Shown in pieces: positions 18,560 through 27,209 of a stretch of 64,000 bases of DNA. Each line of letters starts with the position of its first letter. The first letter of the stretch is position 1. The notes below the pieces were generated by a model. The model had not been told where the DNA came from, ran no database searches, and worked only from the letters and a program-made list of their open reading frames with translations. A program made the position numbers and the translations under genes. The DNA lies in assembly GCA_030683705.1 (NCBI GenBank), contig JAUXPP010000118.1, positions 5,164 to 69,163 on the forward strand. The letters run 5' to 3'. This stretch comes from Polaromonas sp. (GTDB lineage Bacteria > Pseudomonadota > Gammaproteobacteria > Burkholderiales > Burkholderiaceae_C).

Positions 18560-20341
18560 TTAGTTGAAAGGGACGCCAACTCGCGCTAAAGCGTCGCCAA
18601 GGGTTTTTGCGTATGCCGGCGCTATCTCACGCCCCGGATAACGGGCAAGAAACTTTTGAACGGTGAATCCGGGTTCGATTCGCTCTAACTTGATTCGGGT
18701 TTCACGGGCATCTTCAAGTTTTCCCGCGAACGATTGTGCGAGCATTAATGCCCGATAGGTAGATGCGTGTGTCGTGTTGTGTCGCAGCGAACTTCTTGCC
18801 ACCGCAATTGCTTCGTCGTAACGACCGTCGCATACCAAGGCAGATACTGTCAGGGATTCATAAAAATACTTCAAGGGGTCTAACGGCGACAAGACGTTGG
18901 CCTTGTTGACGTGGGAATACGCCTGGCCTCCTTCGCCCTTGAAGGCGTGAAACATTCCTTTGAGCAACCAGGCCAATGAGTCGTTGGGGTTGGCCGACAA
19001 AGCCCTTTCGTAGCTGGTTTCTGCCAGTCCAAAATCATGGAACAAGTTGGTGTGAACCATCCCATCGATGGTTAGTGCCAAGGAGCAATCAGGGTCACTA
19101 TCCAGAGCGCGTTTGGTGAAGTCGCGCGCCTTTGCTGCGTCGGCCTTCGGATCTTCCGACCATCCTTGAGACGCGCGTAAAACATGCCATTTGGCCAGCC
19201 AGGCGTGGGGGATGGGGTGCCGGCGACCGCGCTCAACAAGATGCTCCAGCATTTTTCGAGAGCGATCAAACTCAATGAGCGACGTGCGGTGCATCAATGC
19301 TACCGCTCCCAGCAGCAAGGTGTAATCGTTCAGAGTGGGAAGTGCCTGACTGCGGGCTTGCTGCAACTCCTGAGACATGACTGAGGCGCTGATTCCACCC
19401 ACCACGCGAGCGATCAACTCATCATCGGCCGCGAACAGACCATGCACCTCCCCCTTGAGGCTGTCCGCCCAGAGGATGTGCCCGGTTTTGGTGTCGATCA
19501 ATTCGACAAACAGCGCCAGCTGCGTGCCGGCGCTGCGGCAGGTACCCGACAGGATGTAGGTCGCGCCCAGGTGCGTCTTGATGTCCTCGATGGCTTCGCG
19601 GCGATCACGGAATACCGTCGTCGACAGGCGCGAAATCACATGCAATTCCGAGGTCCGCGACAGCGCCGCGATCACCTCGTCCGCCAGCGCCTCACCCAGC
19701 AGTTCATGGCCGGGCTCATTGCTGCGCATCGCAAACGGAATCACGGCGATGGTGGGTCGCAGGTTCAGCTCGACCGCGTTGCCCGGCGGGACGATGGGTG
19801 CATCACCGGGTGGGCCGACACGGTAGGCGCGCACCGGTTCCTTGACGTGTTTGAGGTGGCACTCGCCGAGATCTTCGACGTCGGCATCCAGCAAAGGCGC
19901 GAGCTGGTCCCGCATGTCGGCGGTGACCACGGTTTCGCCCGGTCCCGCCAGCGTGCTCACGCGAGAGGTCAGGTTGACGTCGGTGCCGTAGATGTCGTGC
20001 TGGTCGGTAACGAAGCTGGCGAGGTGGCCGCCCATGCGCAGGTGCATCTGGTGCTCCGGCCGCACGCCGCGGTTGGCCAGCCGGGTGAAGTCGTGCAGGG
20101 CGAAGGCGGCCTTGACGCAACCCTGGGCGCTGGCAAATTCCAGCATCAGGCCGTCGCCCAGGCTTTTGACGATGCGCCCGCCATGCAGCGGCAGCACGTT
20201 TTGCTCCGCTTCTTCCACGAGTTGTTGCCACCGCCGTACAAAGCCATCCTGGTCCTGCTCCATGATCCGGACCGACTCCACCACGTCCATGACCAGCAAC
20301 ACTTTGGTGTTTCTGGTCAGGTTGGCGGGTAGTTCGATCAA
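18560..20341 (-). CDS. Class III adenylate cyclase + TolB-N-like domain + TPR protein
   Basis: VMDVVES, VKSLGDGLM, DIYGTDVNLTSRV (both Asp, Lys, Asn, Arg present); PTIAVIPF..LADEVIAALSR TolB-like domain; TPRs (RALSANPNDS, LSPLDP). TTG start. Confidence 0.9.
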   Translation of the reverse strand: MIELPANLTRNTKVLLVMDVVESVRIMEQDQDGFVRRWQQLVEEAEQNVLPLHGGRIVKSLGDGLMLEFASAQGCVKAAFALHDFTRLANRGVRPEHQMHLRMGGHLASFVTDQHDIYGTDVNLTSRVSTLAGPGETVVTADMRDQLAPLLDADVEDLGECHLKHVKEPVRAYRVGPPGDAPIVPPGNAVELNLRPTIAVIPFAMRSNEPGHELLGEALADEVIAALSRTSELHVISRLSTTVFRDRREAIEDIKTHLGATYILSGTCRSAGTQLALFVELIDTKTGHILWADSLKGEVHGLFAADDELIARVVGGISASVMSQELQQARSQALPTLNDYTLLLGAVALMHRTSLIEFDRSRKMLEHLVERGRRHPIPHAWLAKWHVLRASQGWSEDPKADAAKARDFTKRALDSDPDCSLALTIDGMVHTNLFHDFGLAETSYERALSANPNDSLAWLLKGMFHAFKGEGGQAYSHVNKANVLSPLDPLKYFYESLTVSALVCDGRYDEAIAVARSSLRHNTTHASTYRALMLAQSFAGKLEDARETRIKLERIEPGFTVQKFLARYPGREIAPAYAKTLGDALARVGVPFN

Positions 20342-20425
20342 CGGGAGCCTTATCGTAGACGGTGTAACAAAATTTTACCTCCTCCTTTTGTAGGAGGGGC
20401 CGTCTGGATGAACTGGATCGACACG

Positions 20426-20447
20426 ATGGCGCACCGCAGGGCGCCAT
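20426..20447 (-). terminator. Hairpin downstream of phhA, possible terminator
   Basis: ATGGCGC-N8-GCGCCAT stem just past the phhA stop; no clear U-tract. Confidence 0.3.
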
Positions 20448-20455
20448 ACGTTGCT

Positions 20456-21418
20456 TTAGCGTTGAATCGCTTGTTGTTCTTCGTGCTGTCGCGCGTTCGC
20501 AGCAATGTCTGGCAGTCCCTGCAGGCGCCGGTAAATCGGCGTGAAGTCGGGCGCGGTTTTGTCGAACAGTTCCTGAAAACTGTTGATCACGAAGTAGGTC
20601 TGCTGGTAGCTGTCGATCTTGTAGCGCGTGCGCATCACGCGCTCGATGTCGAGCGGCAGGCGCTGCGGCTCCGCACTTTGCACCGAGTGCTGCAATTCAC
20701 CCGATGAACTGAGGATGCCGGCGCCGTAAGCACGCAAGCCGTCCTGTTGCCGGATCAGCCCGAACTCGATGGTGTACCAGTAGAGCCGGCTCAGCTGCTC
20801 GCAGGCGCCCAGGCCGTGCGCCTTGAGGCCGCCCTGGCCGTACGCCTGCATGTGATCGGCGAACACCGGGTTGAACAGCAGCGGCACATGGCCGAACAGG
20901 TCGTGAAAGACGTCGGGCTCGACGATGTAGTCGAACTCTTCGGGCTTGCGTATCCAGTCGGTCACCGGGAATTTGCGGTTCGCCAGCAGCGTGAAAAACG
21001 GCACCTCCGGGATCAGGCCCGGCACGGTGACGATTTCCCAGCCGGTGGCCTGGCGCAGCCGCTGGTTGATGTCCTCGAAGCGCGGGATGTGGTCGCTGGC
21101 GCCCAGCGAGGGCAGGGCGGCGATGAACTCGTCGCAGGCCAGGCCCGGCAGCAGCGCGGCCTGGCGCGCATACAGGCGCCGGTAGGTGTCGTGGTCGGCG
21201 TCGCTGTAGCTGTCGTAGTCCTGCGGGCAGGTGTAGTCGGCGCCGGCACGCGTGTAGTCGCCGCGCGGCGGGCGTTCGCTGGCGCCATAGGATGTGACCC
21301 CCACGCTCCCCACTGCGTGTGGGTCGCTGCCCCCCGAGGGGGCCGTCGCTTGCTCGGGGCGGCCCTTCGCGGCGCGTGCCCCGTCCTGGACCTCCTCCTG
21401 TGGAATGCCGGTCTTCAT
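20456..21418 (-). CDS. phhA: Phenylalanine 4-hydroxylase
   Basis: PDVFHDLFGHVP iron ligands, LYWYTIEFGL, AYGAGILSS; overlaps the hppD stop. Confidence 0.95.
   Translation of the reverse strand: MKTGIPQEEVQDGARAAKGRPEQATAPSGGSDPHAVGSVGVTSYGASERPPRGDYTRAGADYTCPQDYDSYSDADHDTYRRLYARQAALLPGLACDEFIAALPSLGASDHIPRFEDINQRLRQATGWEIVTVPGLIPEVPFFTLLANRKFPVTDWIRKPEEFDYIVEPDVFHDLFGHVPLLFNPVFADHMQAYGQGGLKAHGLGACEQLSRLYWYTIEFGLIRQQDGLRAYGAGILSSSGELQHSVQSAEPQRLPLDIERVMRTRYKIDSYQQTYFVINSFQELFDKTAPDFTPIYRRLQGLPDIAANARQHEEQQAIQR
21298..21365 (-). repeat. Family B 68 bp palindromic element inside the phhA 5' coding region
   Basis: GGGCCGCCCC..GCCCCCTCGGGGGGCAGC..CAGTG..GAGCGTGGGGG; 47/68 ungapped identity (hand count) to 55410-55477. 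Confidence 0.85.
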
Positions 21419-22536
21419 GCCTTTTCCAGCACACCACGCCGCATTTGATCCAGCTCCATGCTTTCAAACAGCGCCTTGAAGTTGCCTTCGCCAAAGCCCT
21501 GGTTGCCTTTGCGCTGGATGAACTCGAAGAAGATCGGGCCGAGCTGGTTCTCGCTGAAGATCTGCAGCAGCAATTCGCCCGGCGTGCCGTCCACCAGGAT
21601 GTTGCGCGCCTGCAGTTCGGCCACGTTTTCACCGTGGCCGGGGATGCGATTGTCGAGCAGTTCGTAATAGGTGTCGCCGGTGTTGAGCAGCTTCACGCCG
21701 CTGAGCTGCAGCGCGTCCACCGTGGCATACAGGTCGTTCGAACCCATGGCGATGTGCTGGATGCCTTCGCCCTGGTACTTGTCGAGGTATTCCTGGATCT
21801 GGCCGGCTTTTTCATTGCCTTCTTCATTGATCGGGATGCGGATCTTGCCGCAGGGGCTGGTCATGGCCTTGCTCTTGACGCCGGTGGTCTGGCCCTCGAT
21901 GTCGCAGTAGCGCACTTCGCGGAAATTGAACAGGCGCTCGTAAAAGCCCGACCACTCGGCCATGCGGCCGCGGTGCACGTTGTGGGTCAGGTGGTCGATG
22001 TAGGTCAGGCCGTGGCCGGCCGGGTTCAGCTCGGCGCCGGGCAGCGGTTCGAAGTCGACATCGAAAAAGCCAATGTTGCCGATGTCGCCGTCTTTCGCGC
22101 CGTTTTTGCCGCGCCAGCGGTCGATGAAATAAATGATGGAGTCGCCAATGCCCTTGATGGCCGGGATGTTCAGCTCGCCCGGGCCTGCCGTGTGGGCATA
22201 ACCCCAGGCGCCCAGGCTGATCGCGCGTTCGTAAGCCGCCTTGGCGTCCTGCACCCGGAAGGCGATGGCGCAGACGCTGGGACCGTGCTGGCGTGCAAAA
22301 CGCTGGGCAAACGAATCGGGCTCGGCGTTGATGATGAAGTTGATGCCGCCCTGGCGGTACAAGGTGACGTTTTTGTGGCGGTGCCTGGCGATCGGCTTGA
22401 AACCCATGCGCTCGAACAGCGCGCCCATGGCGGCCGGATCGGGCGCGGCGTATTCAATGAACTCGAAGCCGTCGGTGCCCATGGGGTTGTCCCATGCAGC
22501 GGTCGCAATGTTGGCGGTGGGGCTGGTCGAAGTCAT
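21415..22536 (-). CDS. hppD: 4-hydroxyphenylpyruvate dioxygenase
   Basis: NPMGTDGFEFIE, IDHLTHNV, GIQHIA, FFEFIQRKGNQGFGEGNFKALFES. Confidence 0.97.
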   Translation of the reverse strand: MTSTSPTANIATAAWDNPMGTDGFEFIEYAAPDPAAMGALFERMGFKPIARHRHKNVTLYRQGGINFIINAEPDSFAQRFARQHGPSVCAIAFRVQDAKAAYERAISLGAWGYAHTAGPGELNIPAIKGIGDSIIYFIDRWRGKNGAKDGDIGNIGFFDVDFEPLPGAELNPAGHGLTYIDHLTHNVHRGRMAEWSGFYERLFNFREVRYCDIEGQTTGVKSKAMTSPCGKIRIPINEEGNEKAGQIQEYLDKYQGEGIQHIAMGSNDLYATVDALQLSGVKLLNTGDTYYELLDNRIPGHGENVAELQARNILVDGTPGELLLQIFSENQLGPIFFEFIQRKGNQGFGEGNFKALFESMELDQMRRGVLEKA

Positions 22537-22665
22537 GGTGTCTCCAGGCGAATACGGTTTTTGTGGATAAAGATAACCCCACTGTAACGGCGCCAGCCCT
22601 CACGTTTTATGCAAATCGAGGCGTGGATCTTGGCAATTACGCAGTAAACCTGCAAAATAACCGTA

Positions 22666-23139
22666 ATGGAAGCACTCGACAAGCTGGACAGACTCATATT
22701 GCGCAGCCTTCAGGCAGACGGACGGGCCACCTACGACCAGCTTGCCGAGCAGGTCAGCCTGTCCCCGAGTGCAGTGCTGCGGCGCGTCAAGCGGCTGGAA
22801 GAAAGCGGCGTGATCGACCGTTATGTGGCGCTGGTCAGGCCCGAAGCCGTTGGGCTGGGGCTCACCGCCTATATCAATGTGCGGCTGGAAAAACACACGG
22901 AATCGCACAAGCGCAACCCGATGGACCTGTTCCGCGCCAGCGTGCAGACCTGGCCCGAGGTGGTCGAATGCGCGGCACTGACCGGCGAGATGGACTATCT
23001 GCTGCGGGTCGTGGTGGCCGACATGGGGCATTACAGCCGTTTCATCATGGACACCCTGCTCAAACACCCCAGCGTGCAGGACTGCAAAACCAGCTTTGTG
23101 CTGGACCGCGTGAAGGCGACGACGGCCGTGCCGGTGTGA
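22666..23139 (+). CDS. Lrp/AsnC family regulator, divergent from hppD
   Basis: LDKLDRLILRSLQADGR..VSLSPSAVLRRVKRLEESGVI; TGEMDYLLRV. Confidence 0.92.
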   Translation: MEALDKLDRLILRSLQADGRATYDQLAEQVSLSPSAVLRRVKRLEESGVIDRYVALVRPEAVGLGLTAYINVRLEKHTESHKRNPMDLFRASVQTWPEVVECAALTGEMDYLLRVVVADMGHYSRFIMDTLLKHPSVQDCKTSFVLDRVKATTAVPV

Positions 23140-23262
23140 CGCCTGCCGCCCGGCCGGCTTGTTTTTGCGTGCGCCAGGGTGCCTAATCGGGGATGAATTA
23201 GGGGAAGCTACCCGTTTGGGTGTTGTGTTGTGCCGGTCCGGCGGGCTCGGGACGTTGCACAT

Positions 23263-23326
23263 TGCTCCTGATTTGATAGCTGCCTGCGCTTGCCACACAT
23301 GGCCTGGAGGCCAATCTGGCCTGAAA
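23263..23326 (+). repeat. Family A REP-like repeat
   Basis: TGCTCCTGATTTGATAGCTGCCTGCGCTTG..GGAGGCCAATCTGGCCTGAA. Confidence 0.75.
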
Positions 23327-23404
23327 TCCGACGCCAGTGCGGTATTTGCCGGGGCAGAAGCCCTGCAAGCTGGACTTCCTAGGGAAAACCCGTATATTGC
23401 CTCC

Positions 23405-24130
23405 ATGGTTACCCCCGGCACTTTTTTAAAGGCATCCCTGAACGCAGGCAAGGAATTCTTCCGTCCGCCTGCCATCGAGGGCGAACCCCTGCCTTACCGC
23501 GCACCCGTGATGGTGCCCATACGCTCCATCGGCCCCAGCCACGGCGAGCGAATCGAGCGGCATCTGCTGGCGCTGGATTCGCATGATCGCTACCTTCGCT
23601 TCGGCTACGCTGCCAGTGACGAGCAGATCCGCCGTTATTCGGCCAGCCTCAATTTCGAGCGCGATGAAATTTTCGGCATCTACAACCGCCGGCTCGAACT
23701 CATCGCCATGGCGCATCTGGCCCTGTCGGTGGACCCGAACCTGACCAGTTGCGCCGAATTCGGCGTGTCGGTGTTGCCGCATGCGCGCGGCCGCGGCTAC
23801 GGCGCCCGGCTGTTCGAGCGTGCCGTGATCCACGCGCGCAACGAGGGTGTGAGCATGATGTTCATCCATGCGCTCAGCGAAAACACCGCCATGCTCAATA
23901 TCGCCCGCAAGGCCGGCGCGGTGATCGAGCGCGACGGCTCCGAGAGCGAGGCCTACCTCAAGCTGCCACCGGCCGACCTGGACTCGCGCATGACCGAAAT
24001 GGTCGAGGAGCAGATTGCCCAGACCGACTACCGGCTCAAGGTCCAGGCGCGGCAGTTCTGGAGCATCCTGGCGATGGTCCAGGAAGTGCGGCGCGGCGTG
24101 CGCGACAGCCGCGACCGCATGCCGATGTAG
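23405..24130 (+). CDS. GNAT family N-acetyltransferase
   Basis: AEFGVSV..ARGRGYG acetyl-CoA loop, ENTAMLNIARKAG; start chosen at ATG 23405. Confidence 0.82.
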   Translation: MVTPGTFLKASLNAGKEFFRPPAIEGEPLPYRAPVMVPIRSIGPSHGERIERHLLALDSHDRYLRFGYAASDEQIRRYSASLNFERDEIFGIYNRRLELIAMAHLALSVDPNLTSCAEFGVSVLPHARGRGYGARLFERAVIHARNEGVSMMFIHALSENTAMLNIARKAGAVIERDGSESEAYLKLPPADLDSRMTEMVEEQIAQTDYRLKVQARQFWSILAMVQEVRRGVRDSRDRMPM

Positions 24131-24143
24131 CCAGGCAGGGTCC

Positions 24144-24683
24144 CTAGCGGCCGCCCAGGCGCCGCGCGCTGCTGCCATGGCGCCGGTCGGCCAGCGGCAG
24201 GCCGTCCTTTCCGGCCATCACATCGGCCTGCTGCTGCAGGCGTTCCAGCATCTCGCCCAGCGTCGCCGTTTCGCCGGGCGTCAGCGCGGCCAGCACCTCG
24301 CGGTTGATCTGGCTGACCAGTGGAAACAACTCACGATGCAGGGCCATGCCGGCGGGCGTGAGGGCCAGCTGGATCTGCCTGGCGTCGCCGGCGCGGCTGC
24401 TGCGGCTGATCAGCTTTTTGCCGGCCAGCGAGGTGACGGCCTTGGAGGTGCGCGGACGGTCCAGGTGGGCCTGTTCTGCCAGTGCCGACGAGCCCAGGGG
24501 CCCGCGTGCGGCCAGCACCGCCAGCACGCGCCACTCGCGCCGGGTGATGCCGAACCGGCCTTCGCAATAACGCACCACGACACCGCCGGCGGCCGCTTGC
24601 AGGCGGCTCAGCCGGTACAGCAGCAGGTCGTCGAGAATTTCTGGCTGCGCCAGGCGTGGGACGTCTGGAGAGGGGCTGGGCAT
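24144..24683 (-). CDS. MarR family regulator
   Basis: ITRREWRVLAVL, LDRPRTSKAV, DARQIQLALTPAG; start at ATG 24683. Confidence 0.88.
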   Translation of the reverse strand: MPSPSPDVPRLAQPEILDDLLLYRLSRLQAAAGGVVVRYCEGRFGITRREWRVLAVLAARGPLGSSALAEQAHLDRPRTSKAVTSLAGKKLISRSSRAGDARQIQLALTPAGMALHRELFPLVSQINREVLAALTPGETATLGEMLERLQQQADVMAGKDGLPLADRRHGSSARRLGGR

Positions 24684-24765
24684 GAGGGTTATTACCGGGG
24701 ATGATTGATTTCCGCAATCAATGGGTGTCTCGGGACAATCGAGGTTCACACACCGGAGAATCATC

Positions 24766-25776
24766 ATGCCACAGCGTTTTGCACCCGCACCGCTTGCCCT
24801 CCAGCGCCGCAAGCTTCTGCTTCACTCTGCCGCCGCAGGCGTGCTGGCCGCCAGTGTGGGCATGCCGCGCTGGGCACGTGCCCAAAGCGGGCCGATGCGG
24901 ATTGTGGTCGGTTACCCACCGGGCGGCGGTACCGACCGCGCGGCACGGCTGGTGGCCGAACGCCTGCAGCAGTTGCTCAAACGCACGGTGCTGGTGGAAA
25001 ACCGCGTCGGCGCCGGGGGGCGGCTGGCTGCGCAGCAGCTGGTCAACACACCGCCGGACCAGACGGTGTTGCTGCTGGCCAACCCGGCCGTGATGAGCGT
25101 GTCGCCCCTGATTTACAAAGACCTCAAATACGACGTGCAAAAAGACTATGTACCGGTCGCCGCCGTCACGGATTACGATTTTGGCGTGGCGGTGGGTTCC
25201 GCCCTGCCGGTCAAGGAGGTGCAGCACATGCTGGCGTGGATTCGCGCAAACCCGACCAAGGCCAATGCCGGCGTGCCCGGCACCGGCAGCCTGCCGCATT
25301 TTTTCTCGCTGATGCTCAGCTACATGGCGCAGGTGAACATCGAGGTGGTGGGTTACCGGGGCTCCGCGCCGCTGGTCACCGATCTGATCGGCGGGCAGAT
25401 TCCCCTGGCGTTTGACACGCTGGATTCCCTGCTGCCGCACCATGAAGGCGGCAAGCTGCGCATCCTGGCCACCTCGGGCCTCAAACGTTCGCCGTTTTCG
25501 CCCACCGTGCCCACCTTCAAGGAGCAGGGGCTGCCGCTCAGTGCGGTGGGCTGGAACACGTTTTTTGCACCGTCCACCACCCCCAGGGCCACGGTGGATC
25601 TGCTGAGCAAGGCGGTGTACCAGATCATGTCCGAGCCCGACACGCGCGCCAAATTCGCCGCCGCCAAAATGGTGCCCGTGGCCATGACCCAGGCGCAGAC
25701 GGAGGCGTCGTTCGAGGCTTTCAACACCCAGTGGACACCGGTGATCCGGCGCTCCGGCTTCAAGCCCGAGTCCTGA
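24766..25776 (+). CDS. Bug/TctC tripartite tricarboxylate transporter substrate-binding protein
   Basis: Tat-like RRKLL leader, VGYPPGGGTD, VENRVGAGG, YRGSAP..DLIGGQI. Confidence 0.92.
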   Translation: MPQRFAPAPLALQRRKLLLHSAAAGVLAASVGMPRWARAQSGPMRIVVGYPPGGGTDRAARLVAERLQQLLKRTVLVENRVGAGGRLAAQQLVNTPPDQTVLLLANPAVMSVSPLIYKDLKYDVQKDYVPVAAVTDYDFGVAVGSALPVKEVQHMLAWIRANPTKANAGVPGTGSLPHFFSLMLSYMAQVNIEVVGYRGSAPLVTDLIGGQIPLAFDTLDSLLPHHEGGKLRILATSGLKRSPFSPTVPTFKEQGLPLSAVGWNTFFAPSTTPRATVDLLSKAVYQIMSEPDTRAKFAAAKMVPVAMTQAQTEASFEAFNTQWTPVIRRSGFKPES

Positions 25777-25779
25777 GCG

Positions 25780-27114
25780 GTGGACTCGGCCTTGACCGCC
25801 TCGCCACGCCCCAACATCGTCTTCATCGTCGCGGACGACCTCGGTTATGCCGACCTCGGCTGTTACGGCGGCCGGGCGCCCGTCTCGCCCGTGCTCGACA
25901 GCCTGGCCGCCGGGGGCATGAAGTTCACCCAGGGCTATGCCAACTCCCCGGTGTGTTCGCCCACCCGCTTTGCGCTCATGACCGCGCGTTACCAGTACCG
26001 CCTGCGCGGCGCTGCCGAAGAGCCGATCAACAACAAGAGCCGCGGCAGCACCACGCTGGGCCTGCCGCCGGAACACCCGACACTGCCTTCGCTGCTCAAG
26101 GCCAGCGGCTACCGCACTGCCCTGATGGGCAAGTGGCATCTGGGCTACCCGCCGTCTTTCGGGCCGCTGCGCTCGGGGTATGAGGAATTTTTCGGCCCCA
26201 TGTCCGGCGGGGTGGACTACTTCACCCACTGCAGTTCAGGCGGCAGCCACGACCTGTGGTTCGGCGAGGAAGAAAAAAAGGAAGACGGCTACCTGACCGA
26301 CCTGATCACGCAGCGCTCGGTGGACTATGTGGAGCGCATGGCCGGCGCGGCCAAAGCCGGCACGCCCTTTTTTCTGAGCATGCACTACACCGCGCCGCAC
26401 TGGCCCTGGGAAACGCGCGACGACGAGGCGCTGGCGCAGGACATCAGGGACAACCTGTTTCATCTGCATGGCGGCAACATCCACAGCTACCGCCGCATGA
26501 TCCACCACATGGACGAAGGCATAGGCCGGGTGATGGACACCCTGCGCCGGCACGGCCTGGCCGACAACACGCTGGTGGTGTTCACCAGCGACAACGGCGG
26601 TGAGCGGTTTTCCGACAGCTGGCCGCTGGTGGGCGGCAAGATGGACCTCACCGAGGGCGGCATCCGGGTGCCCTGGATTGCGCACTGGCCGGCGCAGATC
26701 GCAGCGGGCCAGGTCAGCGGGCAGCACTGCATGAGCATGGACTGGTCGGCCACCCTGCTGGATGTCGCCGGCGTGGCGCCCGATCCCGGCTATCCGCTGG
26801 ACGGCATGTCGCTGCTGCCGGTGCTGCAGCAGCCGGGCCGGCAGTTTCACCGGCCGCTTTACTGGCGCATGAACCACCGCGGCCAACGGGCACTGCGCGA
26901 CGGCGACTGGAAATATTTGCGGGTGGACGGCAACGACTACCTTTTCAACATCGCCGCCGATGAGCGTGAGCGCGCCAACCTCGCGCCGCGTGAACCCGCG
27001 CGGCTGGCGGCGATGCGCGAGGATTGGGATCGCTGGAATGACAGCATGCCGCCGATTCCGGCAGATGCCACGGTGAGCCTGGGGTATTCGGTCAAGGACA
27101 TGCCGCAGCGCTGA
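25780..27114 (+). CDS. Formylglycine-dependent sulfatase
   Basis: PNIVFIVADDLG, CSPTR, GKWHLG, SDNGG, EGGIRVP. Confidence 0.93.
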   Translation: MDSALTASPRPNIVFIVADDLGYADLGCYGGRAPVSPVLDSLAAGGMKFTQGYANSPVCSPTRFALMTARYQYRLRGAAEEPINNKSRGSTTLGLPPEHPTLPSLLKASGYRTALMGKWHLGYPPSFGPLRSGYEEFFGPMSGGVDYFTHCSSGGSHDLWFGEEEKKEDGYLTDLITQRSVDYVERMAGAAKAGTPFFLSMHYTAPHWPWETRDDEALAQDIRDNLFHLHGGNIHSYRRMIHHMDEGIGRVMDTLRRHGLADNTLVVFTSDNGGERFSDSWPLVGGKMDLTEGGIRVPWIAHWPAQIAAGQVSGQHCMSMDWSATLLDVAGVAPDPGYPLDGMSLLPVLQQPGRQFHRPLYWRMNHRGQRALRDGDWKYLRVDGNDYLFNIAADERERANLAPREPARLAAMREDWDRWNDSMPPIPADATVSLGYSVKDMPQR

Positions 27115-27209
27115 TCTGGTGTCTCGCGGCGCGATTTCCCCGCGCCCGGCCAGGGCGTCACGGGGGAATACGGTATCCTTGTCAGCTTGCCAACTACCGC
27201 ACACCGCTC

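Noticed and set aside
8974-20341. Calling the island Pycsar, CBASS or Avs
   Set aside because: The cNMP-binding domain is on an HTH regulator rather than a TM or TIR effector, there is no CD-NTase motif, and the STAND protein has a cyclase N-terminus; the match to named defence systems is not supported.
23159-23404. Upstream extension of the GNAT ORF (similar extensions at 24684-24812, 36095-36313, 58062-58535)
   Set aside because: Extensions run through repeats, promoters or neighbouring genes; downstream ATG starts fit the families better.
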